From the NCBI GenBank assembly GCA_951406725.2, contig OX597817.1, positions 111,972,001-112,036,000 on the forward strand: a stretch of 64,000 nt of DNA, given 5' to 3'. Position 1 is the first letter of the stretch; each line of letters begins with the position of its first letter. The notes below the pieces were generated by a model. The model was given only the letters and a program-made list of their open reading frames with translations. It did not search any database and was not told the origin of the DNA. Below, piece after piece: positions 1 through 13,231 of this stretch. Position numbers and translations under genes: made by a program. This DNA comes from Octopus vulgaris (lineage: Eukaryota).

Positions 1-620
1 AGTACTTCAAGGCTTGGTTTTGACCCTCCCTCATACTCTGTCTCCTATACATCAAGGATCTGTATATCACCTCCAGTGCCCACTCATACATGGATGATAC
101 CACACTTCATTCTTCCACATGCAACCTGGACATCTAACATCAATCCTGTGCTGATTCCATAAACAGAAACCTTGAAAACATCTTCCAATGGAATGATGCC
201 AGTCTTGTCTCCGTCAGCAACACAAAAACATGCTCATTATACATATCAAGAAAACATTATTGCTTCCCACTCCTAAACATGAACAGTATGCAACTAGAAG
301 TCAGGGTTGGAAAATATTTCATACCCCCATCTACAGCTAACCTTCTATGAAGGTCATGTGGGATCCATATTGGAGTACTGCTCTCACATTTGGGATGATA
401 CTGCTGCTGCCACACACACATACATCCCCGATGCGTGTACAAAGAAAGGTTGCTTGTTTCTTTGGAATAAACTCAACACCATAGTACAACCCCTAACACA
501 TCTCTTCTTTCTGATCCTCAGAGATGGCTGGTCTAATGCTAACTCTGCTCTGGGACTTCTGACTCATTGTCCAATATATTTGGCCCATACTAACTTCTAC
601 ATCTAGTTCATCAGAATGTG
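1..620 (+). mobile_element. Old, decayed LINE reverse-transcriptase fragment (CR1/Jockey group)
   Basis: Broken frames give HSYMDDTTLH (YxDD box), RNLENIFQWNDASLVSVSNTKT and GSILEYCSHIWD. Confidence 0.7.
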
Positions 621-879
621 GAACCTCTGGAATTCTCACTCTGCATATATTTTCTCGGCATCTGTTCAAGTTAAACTTGAAATGCATGGATATCTCAGGT
701 CTAGGAGAGCATGCAAAAGTCACTGGCAAAATAGTTTCTTGTAGACCAATCTAATAAAAAGAAAAGCTTTTAATAAATGCAAGTTTTAGAAGAGAAAGAA
801 GGGTTTTTGATTTTATTTCTAGAGTTTCATAAAATATTTCATATAGATTTTGTTAAGGTCAATTTACAATTCAACTTAC

Positions 880-943
880 GGATTATTGACAGAATGTTTG
901 TGATTTTTCCATGCAACTTTAGCAAAATGATGTTTTGTAGTTC
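880..943 (-). CDS. SCP2: SCP2 coding exon 8 (gene continues beyond window start)
   Basis: TTTTAG| (G)TTKHHFAKVAWKNHKHSVNN(P) |GTAAGT; 64 nt. Confidence 0.96.
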
Positions 944-2230
944 CTAAAAGTACAAACAATGAATAACAAAACATTTTAAGTGTCTTTAAAACAATGAAAT
1001 ATGTTGTGTACAACTTTCTTATTAAAAGAAATAATTATTGGATGAGAAAAGAATTTATGAAGAAATGAAATAGGGAGAGAAGAATTAAATTTAATAATCA
1101 TGTTGTTAGATGTACAATGGATGGTTAAGATGTAGATCAAGAGTTCAAACTTCACACACAACAGATAATACAATATAGCATCATTTTATTTACACAACTT
1201 GCATTAGTTAACCTAGGTTGAAGTAGGTTCCACTTGATAGTGGAACTGAAAATGGTCATGAGTGTAAAGGTGTGTGGCCAAGTATTTAAGGTAGAAAGCT
1301 CATGATTGTGAAATTGTGGTTTTGAGTCCTGGACTTGATGATGCATTGTGTAATTAAACATGGTTTTTTTAATTCATGTTGCAGCAGACTGCTCAGATAA
1401 AATAAGTACCAGCCAAGTGCTGGTGTAACCCTCTTTCTCTTCTATTGTCCCAAACTTGAAGTTCTACTGGGTTAATGGTAGGAAGCAACAAAACAATGCC
1501 TATGTCTGCTTACAACTACATAGGAACCTAAAACAATTAGCAAGCACATGATAGATGCTATCAAGTCGTACAGGGGACTATGATTTATGCAAAACATTGC
1601 TTCATTAATTATTGCAGTTTTTTCAGAACCTCCCAACAAATAGAATTTAAAATATCTGATAAAGCTCAAATCGATTATCTAAACAAGATACAATATCTTT
1701 CTTTATTAGGTCTTTTTTATTTTTTAGCAGTAAAATACATGTTCTATTTGCATTTCATATGCTAACCATCATAATGCATGCTTTTATGTTAGATGTAAAA
1801 CCTTAAGGAAAAAAAAAGTGGTAGTAGTAATTAATAATAAAACAAAAACGACAATCAATTTCATGTCAGCTTGACATGCCATTTTAAAATCTACAGCAAC
1901 TAAGTATATTAGGTTCACTCTCAAATCTAAGTGCAGTTTAAAACAAAATATGAAGGAAAGTAGACAAAATTATTTATTGTAAAAGAAAGTTTAGTTACAT
2001 TTGAGTAGGTAAAAACCTATGATATTTGCTCTCTCTCTATCTCTCCCCATATATATGAAGAGAACTAGCACTCATTTCTCTCACCTTGGCAATTCTAAAA
2101 TTGAATATAAAAATTATTTTCCCTCTTGTTGTAACACTCCGATGTCAAGAAGATATTAACCTAGCCATACAACAAATCAATATTCTTAAATTGATAAAAA
2201 GTTATTAATAAAATTTGAATAGTTAATTAC

Positions 2231-2357
2231 CATATTTTTCCATGTGTTCCCTTCCAGCATTTCCAAACATCTGTACAGTAATTGGTGATGCCTCAATACC
2301 TCTCATTTCAGCCATGGAATTAACATGATTTTCAAGAGGGTTGGCACGATCATTAAA
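2231..2357 (-). CDS. SCP2: SCP2 coding exon 7
   Basis: TTCTAG| FNDRANPLENHVNSMAEMRGIEASPITVQMFGNAGREHMEKY(G) |GTAATT; 127 nt. Confidence 0.96.
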
Positions 2358-3257
2358 CTAGAATAGAAAGAAGTATACAAACCTCAATATAAACTGAATT
2401 CCATGATTTTTCATCCATTACAATTTTATATTCTTCATTAAAGGATATTAGAATATATTTGTGTAATATGTGTTTAATACTTTTATGAACTACAGAACTA
2501 ATATAAATTTAAGTATGGTTACAGAATCATATGTATTTAAAATAATAAAATTTTTTGGCATTTAAACGATAGGTATGCAAAAGAGAAGTCCACTGAAATT
2601 AGAACCCAAAATAAAAGAAACAGCTTGAGATTAACTAAAGCATATTATCACATATATAACATCTGGAAGCAAGTGTTCTATAATAATAAACTGATACAGT
2701 GGATACAGCATGAAATATCAGTTGGGTTAATAGTGTTAAAAACAATATATTTGATCCAACTTGCCAATCCATTTTAAATTACTGATAATTAAATAGAAAG
2801 TAAATATATGCAAAAATATAATACCCCATTATGACAAGCACAAATTGTATGCCCACTCTTCAGACATTGTAAGACTAGTCTGTAAAATAGCCTCTCTCTA
2901 TTTCTATCTTTTATTAATTTTTGTGATGGGATAAACTAGTTTCAAAACCATTGGCTTATTTTAGCATAATTTTCTCAAAACTTACAGTTGTCTTTTGTGT
3001 ATGAATTTTTCAATATTCTAGACTGTATCTGCTGTAACAATAAGCATAAGTTCTAAGAGACTCAATGAATATAGCTTCAGAAACAGAACAAGGTATTGTA
3101 GATTAATATTTAGAGAATACAGAACCAGGATGTTCATGATTATATTTTTCTAAAAACTTTTTAATAGATTTTGTTTTTGTATTTGTGTTTGCAAGATTCT
3201 TGATGTGACCTCATGTTTAAACAAATTTTGCTATATCTCAGGAGGGTCATCATGCCA

Positions 3258-3487
3258 ATAATAAACACACACACACAGGTTTATTTTCACTTCATTATTT
3301 GTTAATTAACTATTTAACTAATTTGCTTGTCATTGAAGAGATTGCAAATGGTGGTGAAAGGACCTTGGCATAAATACAGCTAACTGATTAATTAACCAAA
3401 TGATTAATCAAATAGTTAAATAGCCAACCAATTGACAAACAATAAAGAAGTGAAACTGAACCAGTGTATGTGTTTGTGTTTATTATT
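3258..3487. mobile_element. Degenerate foldback/MITE-like element
   Basis: Imperfect inverted arms AATAATAAACAC..TTTCACTTC..CTATTTAACTA versus TAGTTAAATAG..GAAGTGAAA..GTGTTTATTATT. Confidence 0.45.
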
Positions 3488-4073
3488 TTTGCTAAATAAA
3501 ATTATCATTATCAAATACAGAGATTTTGGTTTTCTTTTTGGTTATAATATCTATAACCACATGTATTTTCTAAATTAGTTTAATCTCAAAAAGTAAAAAC
3601 ATGTTTTTTATTTTCTTCTAAAGTATACAGAACAATTTTTGAATGAAAGATATAAATGAATTCAACCAAATTTAACCTGTATATTTAGTATAATATTGCA
3701 AAAAGCTAATTTAAAACACTAGTATTATCTAAACCATTTCTTGTTACATTTTTGAAAAGGTTCTACTGAAGTCCAAGTCTTAACGATTCTGTTTAAGCTG
3801 TTACATTAACAGGCAAAGAAAAAGGAGAAAAAGTAGGGATGTGCTGTCTAATTCACTAGCGAACAGTAAACTTAAAACATCAAATTTCCCAAGAGGGAAA
3901 GTTATTGAATTAACTATGTTTTATAAATTTTTTTTTAAAGAACATTTCTTAAATCAATTTTATTCCATCTCAGAAATTTTTACATCTTTAAACTCATGAT
4001 TTCTTTTTTTATTTTTTATTTTTCATTTTAATGAATTTACAGGTGTTATTTCAAGAAAGAAGTAAAATCTTAC

Positions 4074-4138
4074 ATGAGAAGATAAAGAACCACTGGCCAT
4101 CTTTTCAAATCCAAGAGCCAACACACAATCAGCTAGAC
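4074..4138 (-). CDS. SCP2: SCP2 coding exon 6
   Basis: TTTTTAG| (G)LADCVLALGFEKMASGSLSSH |GTAAGA; 65 nt; GFEKM thiolase motif. Confidence 0.96.
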
Positions 4139-4927
4139 CTAAAAATTAATAAAATAATTGTTTCTTTCTTTTCTTCTCTTTTGAAATATATTTTATTTTT
4201 TCATCAATATTTATTTAATGAAAGTCAAACTTATATATGTGAGCCAAAATTTGTAGTATCCATGTCAATTGCTTGACTTTGTATAAATAAAAATTCTCAT
4301 CAGATGATGAACCTGTTTGAAGAAACACAGCTCCTGGTTGTCTTCTTAACGCTTATAGAAAAGAATATATTTTCACCGAGTCCTTCAATCTACAGAGACA
4401 GAGTATATCTCTGGTTTCAACAATATTAAGAAAAATCTTTCCTTGGATAAAACAGTCTATTACAAGTATTCTAGTTTCTCTAGAGGCAGGACTGAACTGA
4501 GCACTGCAAGCTAACAAACAAGTTGTCAATTTTTGTAGAGCTGCTGCAGTTTACAAAAGTAACTCACATCGTGTCATAAGCATTTAGATCTAGGCTGTTT
4601 TCTACAGTGGTGCACTATTGTTATTGTTTAGCTACAGGCTAATCCTGTTTGAGTGGACTTAGGCTCAAACAAGTTCCAATTATGATCACACCATCTTTTT
4701 AGGGATGTGTACGAGCACAATATCAAATGCATCTTTGTTAATTTAAAAGAGATTAGGCTGCTATTTATCACAAGTAGAGCAGCCATCTGATGGCCCGTTC
4801 ATTGAAATAGTTCACGAGTGTTAGGCACAAGTAACAAACAGTATTTCTTCTGTTTCCTCTACATAGAGTTAGACAAAATACTGTGAGAAAGATAATGAAT
4901 TATAGAAACCTTAATTAGCCTACTTAC

Positions 4928-4991
4928 CACCTTCAATGAGTTGTTTGCCCAGCATTAATGCTGTAGAACCAGTGGAACAGTTGTTGTTCAC
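4928..4991 (-). CDS. SCP2: SCP2 coding exon 5 (catalytic Cys motif)
   Basis: TAG| VNNNCSTGSTALMLGKQLIEG(G) |GTAAGT; 64 nt; NNNC(S/A)TGS is the SCP2-thiolase active-site motif. Confidence 0.97.
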
Positions 4992-6808
4992 CTATCAATT
5001 CATTGAAAGAAAAGCATAATTATGAACATGCATTTGATAAATAACAACTGTAAATTGACAATACCGGTCATTGTATAATGGGTGTTTGGCACAACATATA
5101 CATTTTTACATAATTTTGCTTATCTATCCTTCTTCCTCGCAGTATAAAATTTGCTCCAGTATATGAATTATTCCTAAATTATCTAGCAAGGTAAACAAAC
5201 ATATGTATTGATAGAAAAACAAATATGACAGATATGAACCCTCCAATCTCTGAGCAAGCAGATCAATTCTTTGTTTACTGATTTATTTTTAAGAGAAAAT
5301 ATGAAAGAATACAATAGAACAAATATAGGTTAGTATTAGAAGTAGAGAGAAAATAAAGAGAATTTAAAGACAAACATGGTATTTTTTAATAGTCAGTATA
5401 TGTAGTGATGTGAGACTTTCAGTAAGAGACTTTTAATTCAAGATTTACTAAAATCTCCATAATATTTTGGAAGTAAAGAGCATTACATTTGCATTACAAA
5501 GTGGTTCTTTATAAAAATTTTAAAATTTTGAGCTGAGGATATGGTATAAAATGTTTCGTTATTTTTGAAACATTACTTGAGAATTAGAATTTTCCAATGT
5601 GTTTCTTTCTCATGATATATCAAATATAATGTTAACATAATTTTATAATGGTAAATATTTTCTGAAAATTTTTCAATATTTTATCATTAAAATTGAACAT
5701 TATAAACCTATTTTTTGCTTAGATTAATTTTTGTTATAACCAAATATGAATTTTCTATTATCTATATTTTGTAATAATTTAAGTGGTGTTTGCCATATTT
5801 ACAACTCAAAAGTATGGCACTCACTTCAAAATCAGAAAGTACTCCACTTGTAACAGTTACTGGTTCTTTATAAAGTACATGTGCAAACCAGAGATTATTA
5901 GCAGCTACCACACATATATAAACATTTTAGATAGCACAAAAATAAGACAAACTTTCACCCACCTACACATTATAAATACCAACAAACTGACATATATCCT
6001 GTTACTGACTCTTTTACCACTACTAAAACACTTTAATGCTTCTCCAAGTTTCCAAACTAAATACATCTGTCAAAGTTCACCTGATATAATTACTTCTCAT
6101 ATGATTCTTGCTATGTCTCACTCTGTAAATATTGTACCTAACATTTCACCCAATTTATATTTCAGAACTATAACCACCTTGACACCCCAAACTCCAATGT
6201 TCAAGCTGTAGATGAAATACTTCAATCTAGGAAGGCATGTGAAGATTGTGAATCACCTTTAGATAAAAGCTGGTTCTACAAGATCTTTAGGCAGAGGGCT
6301 GTAATATTTTTTACACAAGTGCAATGTATTTATTCAGGTTAATAAGTGGGTCTTTACATAGCCATTCATACTCCTAGAAAAAGATGTCAAATGACACATT
6401 GGATAATATAGTCTAAGATAAAAAAGACAAGATAATCATGGAAAGAATGCTTCTAATTACACTGTAAAGATCAAAGCAGAATATTTGCTATAATGATATT
6501 TCTGCTTCAACAACTCAGCACTGAATCTGTCTGAAATGTAATGGAAAATAGGTCAGTTTCAAAACATTGATATCCAGCTCAGAAAATCAAAGTTTGAAGG
6601 GAATAGTAGTCATTTCCTTTGATTTGTAGACAGAATCAAATAGGAAATAACACTTACTGATCAAAGACAAAAAAAAAAAAAAAAATTTGCTACATGTGTT
6701 ATAGGTCTTCTACATCAGGTCAAAACCAGGGCCAAACAACGACAAACTATTTTTCAAAACAGTATTTTACCACCCAGAACAATGCTCCCAAATAGTAAAA
6801 TAGCCTAC

Positions 6809-6873
6809 ATTATAGATTGGTATGCCAGTTAATCCTAACTTGTAGACTGCTTTCTGACCACATGTAGAATCAC
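6809..6873 (-). CDS. SCP2: SCP2 coding exon 4
   Basis: TTTCCAG| (G)DSTCGQKAVYKLGLTGIPIYN |GTAGGC; 65 nt. Confidence 0.95.
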
Positions 6874-6961
6874 CTGGAAAGGAAAATATAATAGAAGCAA
6901 TAAATTTAAATCAAATATTAAAAAATAGAATTTTGCAGTCATAAGTTAAATATATATATAT

Positions 6962-7133
6962 ATCATCATCATCATCATTTAACGTCCGCTTTCCATGCTA
7001 GCATGGGTTGGACGGTTCAACAGGGGTCTGGGGAGCCCGAAAGCTGCACCAGTCCAGTCAGATCTGGCAGTGTTTCTACAGCTGGATGCCCTTCCTAACG
7101 CCAACCACTCCGAGAGTGTAGTGGGTGATTTTA
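6962..7133 (-). mobile_element. RTE LINE 3' end with (GAT)n tail
   Basis: Matches the 3' terminus of the RTE at 47794-47970 (TTTAACGTCCGC..CTACAGCTGGATGCCCTTCCTAACGCCAACCA). Confidence 0.85.
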
Positions 7134-8657
7134 TGTGCCACCGACACAGGTGCCAGACGAGGCTGGCAAACGGCCACGCTCGGATGGTGTTTTTTATGTG
7201 CCACCGACACAGGTGCCAGACGGGGCTGGCAGACGGCCACGCTCGGATGGTGTTTTTATGTGCCACCGACACAGGTGCCAGATGAGGCTGGCGAACGGCC
7301 ACGATCGGATGGTGTTTGTTACGTGCCCACAGCACGGAGGCCAGTCGGTGCGGTACTGGCTACGGCCACGTTCGGATGGTTTTTTTGTGTGCCACCGGCA
7401 CTGGTACCACAAAGATACAATTCCATTAATGTTCATCTATTTTGATTTGTTTTGATTTGATTTGATTTGATTTCATTTTGATTTTCACTTGCCTCAACAG
7501 GCCTTCACAAGTATCACAAGGAGGAAGGTATGCACAGGTGGACTGACTACGTCCCAGGTAGGGGCCATGGGATATGGCCTGACTAGTCTTGCTGGGTCTT
7601 CGGATGGTGTTTTTATGTGCTACCGACACAGGTGCTAGATGAGGCTGGCGAACGGCCACGATCGGATGGTGTTTGTTAAGTGCCCACAGCACGATGGCCA
7701 GTCGATGCGGTACTGACTACGGCCACGTTCGGATGGATTTCTTGTGTGCCACCGGCACTGGTACCACAAAGATACAGATTCCATTGTTGTTCATCTATTT
7801 TGATTTGTTTTGATTTTCACTTGCCTCAACAGGTCTTCACAAGTGTCACAAGAAGGAAGGTATGCACAGGTGGACTGACTAGTCTTGCCGGGTCTTTGGA
7901 AGGTGTTTTTATGTGCCACCGACACAGGTGCCAGATGAGGCTGGCGAACGGCCATGATCGGATGGTGTTTGTTACGTGCCCACAGCACGGAGGCCGGTCG
8001 ATGCGGAACTGGCTACGGCCACGTTCGGATGGTTCTCTTGTGTGCCACCGGCACTGGTACCACAAAGATACAGATTCCATTGTTGTTCATCTATTTTGAT
8101 TTGTTTTGATTTTCACTTGCCTCAACAGGTCTTCACAAGTGTCACAAGAAGGAAGGTATGCACAGGTGGACTGACTACGTCCCAGGTAGGGGCCATGGGT
8201 TATGGCCTGACTAGTCTTGCTGGGTTTTCGGATGGTGTTTTTATGTGCCACCGACACAGGTGCTAGATGAGGCTGGCGAACGGCCACGATCGGATGGTGT
8301 TTGTCATGTGCCCACAGCACGGAGGCCAGTCGATGCGGTACTGGCTACGGCCACTTTCGGATGGTTTTCTCTTGTGTGCCACCGGCACTGGTACCACAAA
8401 GATACAAATTCCATTGATGTTCATCTATTTTGATTTGATTTTGATTTTCACTTGCCTCAACAGGCCTTCACAAGTATCACAAGGAGGAAGGTATGCACAG
8501 GTGGACTGACTACGTCCCAGGTAGGGGCCATGGGTTATGGCCTGACTAGTCTTGCTGGGTCTTCGGATGGTGTTTTTATGTGCCACCGACACAGGTGCTA
8601 GATGAGGCTGGCGAACGGCCATGATCGGATGGTGTTTGTTATGTGCCCACAGCACGA
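7134..8657. repeat. Tandem array: about 60-bp subunits within about 300-360-bp higher-order units (about 4.3 copies), derived from an RTE 3' UTR
   Basis: TGTGCCACCGACACAGGTGCCAGATGAGGCTGGCGAACGGCCACGATCGGATGGTG recurs at about 7134, 7197, 7259, 7616, 7912, 8244 and 8579. Confidence 0.9.
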
Positions 8658-8885
8658 TATATATAAAAAAAAAAACAAAGCTGAAACATTTTCCTTTTAA
8701 TTCACATACAATTAATATCAATTTGATTTCCTCATGTTTTGTCTTTGGCCAGCCTCTCTCAGTTCTGTTAACCACTTGCTTCTCCCAACATGAAGACATT
8801 ACCTCTGGACCCCCACCCCACCCTATAGAAATTAGCTCCATTCATATTCCCCTACCTCATATTTTAATATCTTGCCACATGAAGT

Positions 8886-9000
8886 AGGAACCTTGCCAGA
8901 TCAGATTGGAGCCTGGTGCAGCCTCCTGGCTTGCCAGTCCTCAGTCAAACCGTCCAATCCATACTAGCATGGAAAGAGGATGTTAAACAATGATGATGAT
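8886..9000 (+). mobile_element. RTE 3'-end fragment with (GAT)n tail
   Basis: GTAGGAACCTTGCCAGATCAGATTGGAGCCTGG..GTTAAACAATGATGATGAT; other copies at about 15675-15905 (-), 34377-34520 (+) and 38878-39126 (+). Confidence 0.8.
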
Positions 9001-10625
9001 CCAATATATATTCATTTGATCATTATTGAAGATAAGAGGAGCCCATTCTTCAGTTTGAACATTGGTAAATGTTAAACAGGAGAATAAGCAGATTAAGAAA
9101 ATCTAAAGCATTATCACAGCTGATAGCAAACACAAATGTTTTTGTTTATTAATAGATAGATGATACATGTGCTGGTGGAAGGGTCATAACTCCTATTTCA
9201 GATTTATTCATACACTGAGTCAATGGTAAAGACACTTAGCTTTTACTGTCTCAGGTTACTTCATTCAAACTGCACATCACAGGTGATTTTAGTACACTCT
9301 GTAAGGAGTGAGAATATCATAACCGATGAGTTTTGTAAGTTTATAATGCTGGATTGTGGAGAAGGCACATGTAAAAACCCAGTACTCCTACCAAGGGAGA
9401 TAAATGTCTCAATAGACAGCTGTGGAATTTAGGATTAGCAGCTATGCTTTTCAAAAGCAGGTGACTTTTATTTATAAATCTGCACTGAAAACTAATTCAC
9501 AAATTTAGTTCACTTTTCTCTATCCCAGAATAATATCTATTTCATTAACACTTGTCATTCCTTACTTGAAAATGAAAATATTAATTATTCTTTACTGCAA
9601 AGTTAAGAGAGTGGTAGAAACATTGCAGAGCCAAGCTTTAATGCCTTGAGGTATTTATTTTTTTCTCTTCTATATTATGAAATAATATTCTTTATTCTTG
9701 AGTGGGGCTCAGTAAAATAAGTATCTAACATCTCCTAGAGATGATTCAATCAATTATACTCCTCTACAAATTTGTAGCCTTGTACCAATATAAGAAATCA
9801 TTATAATTAGGTAACTGACATAGAAGAGTGCCAGACTAAATACTCTACATTATTTGGTTTTATTCCTGCATGTTCTGAATTCAAATCTTGCAGAGTAAAC
9901 ATTGCATTTCCTTTACAAATATATGGCCTTGTATCAATGTGAAAAGTCATTGTTCTTCACAACTACAAACTTGAGTGAGTTGTCTGTGCAGTTATTGCTG
10001 TTTTTCTTTATAAACTAGTCATATTATCAATAATTACGATTGACAACATGGTTACTTTCCCAGGAATTTTTCTTTTAACAACTCTTTTTCTAAGATTTGT
10101 TTGTCATAACAACCTGATAATTTTGTAGTAAAGCAATACTCCTACCAATTTCCTAAATTATGGGGTAAACAGTAACTTTCTTAATTATATATCAGAATGT
10201 CTGAGAAAGGATTTGAACTAATAAACTAATGGGACGGATCTGAAACCTTGGCTAAAATTTATATACCTGCCCAAAAAGTATCTCTTAAAGAAACTAGATG
10301 ATAAGTAGAGAACCTTTTATATTGCACTTTTCTTTAGTTTGTATGCTTTGATTTGGTACTGGCCAGTCTGTAAGAAATGAGTTTTAGTTGGCTGACTTAG
10401 TATCCTGGTGGTATTTATTAACTCACAAAAGGATTTCAACTCAAAACACTGGTACAAAATTGGTCATATCAGACTCATTGCCATAGACACAATATTTTAA
10501 GGTTTTGGAAAATACAAGCTCAAATTTGTTTTATCATAATTATTTTCTGAAAAGATTAAAGACAACATGAAAAAAAAAAAAAAGATTAAAATGATTTTAA
10601 TATTTCAGTGAAGTGATTGATTTAC

Positions 10626-10697
10626 CATAAACATAGCCAACAACTGCGTGTTCAATATCTTCAAAGGATATACTTGCATCATGTAGAGCTTTGGTAC
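10626..10697 (-). CDS. SCP2: SCP2 coding exon 3
   Basis: AAG| (G)TKALHDASISFEDIEHAVVGYVY(G) |GTAAAT; 72 nt. Confidence 0.95.
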
Positions 10698-11219
10698 CTT
10701 GACAGCAACAAAAATAAAAATTCAGTGAATTACTCAAGTATTATATACAAAAAAGTAAAATATTATATTTCAATATGTTTAATTTTAACACCATTTGATA
10801 GTTCTAAAATTATTTTAGAAATGAAAAATTAAGAGAATGCATGTAGGTCTGATGACTGAAAAATTACAAATTGAATTGTTTGATTTCATTCAAACTCAAT
10901 GCTGAAGCAATATGTATGTTCTCTAATTAGATTATAAAGGTTTGATAAATGTAGCATAAAAATTCTGTAATATTCCACAGAGAATATGAATTAATCCATT
11001 CTAAGAATATTTTTAGTCTTGCCCCAAAATAGATTTGTGGTTAATAATTTTTTGAACTTCAGTATTGAGCTGAGATGTTAGAAAACTGTTAAATGTTAGT
11101 TATAAGGATTAATAAAATTAATATCATTATAGTGGCTGTTAAAACAATGATGATGATGATGATGAATATATTAGTATCTTTTAAACTGATCTTTACTGAT
11201 GTCAAGAAAAGCCATATAC

Positions 11220-11277
11220 CTGCTTCAAAAGCCATATCTGGATAGTCAAAGTCTTCACGATTTCTAGGTTTTTCAAA
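11220..11277 (-). CDS. SCP2: SCP2 coding exon 2
   Basis: TTTAG| FEKPRNREDFDYPDMAFEA(G) |GTATAT; 58 nt, in frame with exon 1. Confidence 0.95.
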
Positions 11278-13010
11278 CTAAAGTTGTAAAATTTAAAGAA
11301 CAAATGAATTAGTAAAAAGAATTACATATTAAAAAATACTTTCTAAATTTAATGTAAAAACTTATTTAAAATTTCTTTTCCAAACTAATTGGTAGCAGTC
11401 TTTAAAAGTAAGCACCAATTATATACACAATAACTGTTAAATGGTGTACTAGTTATCCTAACTAGCATGTACCAACACAATTTGCTTGAGCACTAGCAAC
11501 TGCAGCCAAATCCCCTTCCAATAGCAATAAGCACACACATGTGCCACATGAACTGACTCACTAATAAATAAATGCATTCAGATAGAAAAGTGTAAGCATC
11601 TTTTACTTTTGGTATTTCTTTTGTTTTTGATTTTTTTTTTTGTTTTAACTTCTGCCATGAAGATATTTGATATTAACTGTGGTAAGTGCTTTAATTGGCC
11701 ATATTAAAAAGCCAATCACTTGGCGACTGGAGATAATGAGAGTGCCAACGTTTAAAAGTAAATATGTAATGTATCAGCAAGATAATCTGTAATGAACACT
11801 GCAAGAAATTCAATGAAGAAACTGGGGGAAAAGTATAAAGGCAAATAACTAGACATCACAGAAACTGCCTACAGTGGTTCACTAGTGTAATTTAATGAAG
11901 TGTATTTGCCACTTGTTCAACATTGACACACGAGTCAGAAGAGTGTGCTAAAATGTCAGGTCATAAGAATTTCAAATCAACAGATGCTGGTTGTCTTGAA
12001 AATTTGGCACAACATGAAATACAAGACAGCACACATTGAGAAGGACAGTGTTGATGTTATAAATAGGGAATAATGGAAATCCACAAACTGTCTTGTTTTG
12101 CCTCAATAATTGTATGTAAATGAATTGAATAATGCAGATGAAATAAGCCAGTGTTACTGAATACACAGAATGGTTCTATGAGCTACAAGTACAAAACACC
12201 AAGTTCTCTGCTTGTTAATAAAAGTATTCTTCAAAATTAGTTTTTACATCTAATTTGCAATGTTAACATAGGTTAGATGAATATATTATTGAAGCATTGT
12301 TGTACAGCCATATAAATTTCCTGTCATTAACCTATACCTGTTTTTCAAGTAAGGGATCTCTTATATCTTCAAAGATACAAAGCCCAGTATATGATTCACT
12401 GATAGGGGAAATGACATCATCACTGCTTGTAGTTCATGGTTTTTCGAGAAGTGCAAAGGTAAACAAACCCAGACCCATACATACACGTGTACACATGTGT
12501 GAATACATACATACAAACGATGGGTTTTTCAGTTTTTGTCAACCAAATCCACTCACAAGACTCTGGTTGGCCTGGGGCTACAACAGAAGACACTTGCCCC
12601 AAAAGTTATGCAATGACACTGAACCTGAAGTGAACTTTTTTAAACAATACAGCTAGGCCTACAATTGTATGGTTAAAATAACTGTTAAAAAATGCTTGGA
12701 ACTGGTAAATGAAAGTCATTGGGTATTGAGGAAAGTACTAACTCAAATGCTTTATAGTGTAGATTGGGAAATGTACCCATTTTGTATTAATTATGGTTAA
12801 TAAGTTAAGATTTTGGACTTAATGTGGAATCAAGAACAGTACATATGCTTTTTGACAATTATGTGATAATCCTCATTAATATTATTTAAGAAACAACAAT
12901 CTAGAATTTCAAACAGCCAATAACATTAATTTGATGAAGTCACTCATTATAGGAATCACACAAAATTTGAACACTTTTTATTGTGAAAGTTTGGTAAGCA
13001 AAATCCTTAA

Positions 13011-13231
13011 CCTTTTTGTATTCAGATTATTCTGTCAAATGTAATGCTTATTTAATCACTTTTAATCATTTTTAATACAACACTATCTTGTAACTTCAAG
13101 ATTTTGATGATGTGATTGTTTATTTTTAGAATAACATTGTGGAATAAGTGTGAGAGGCTGGATCTGGTCAACTTGGACCTAAAACAGGGAGAATGTTTGG
13201 GCCTGATATGGCCAGTTTAAATGTTAAAGGG
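13011..13231. mobile_element. piggyBac-type MITE with TTAA target-site duplication
   Basis: TTAA|CCTTTTTGTATTCAG...AATGTTAAAGGG|TTAA; related shorter copies at 15404-15530 and 62733-62862. Confidence 0.7.

Noticed and set aside
7134-8657. CRISPR-like appearance of repeated hairpin-containing units
   Set aside because: Intervening sequences are repeated rather than unique spacers, no cas genes, eukaryotic intron, and homology to an RTE 3' UTR
6979-8841. Multiple overlapping ORFs (CHRHRCQ repeats)
   Set aside because: By-products of the GC-richer tandem array
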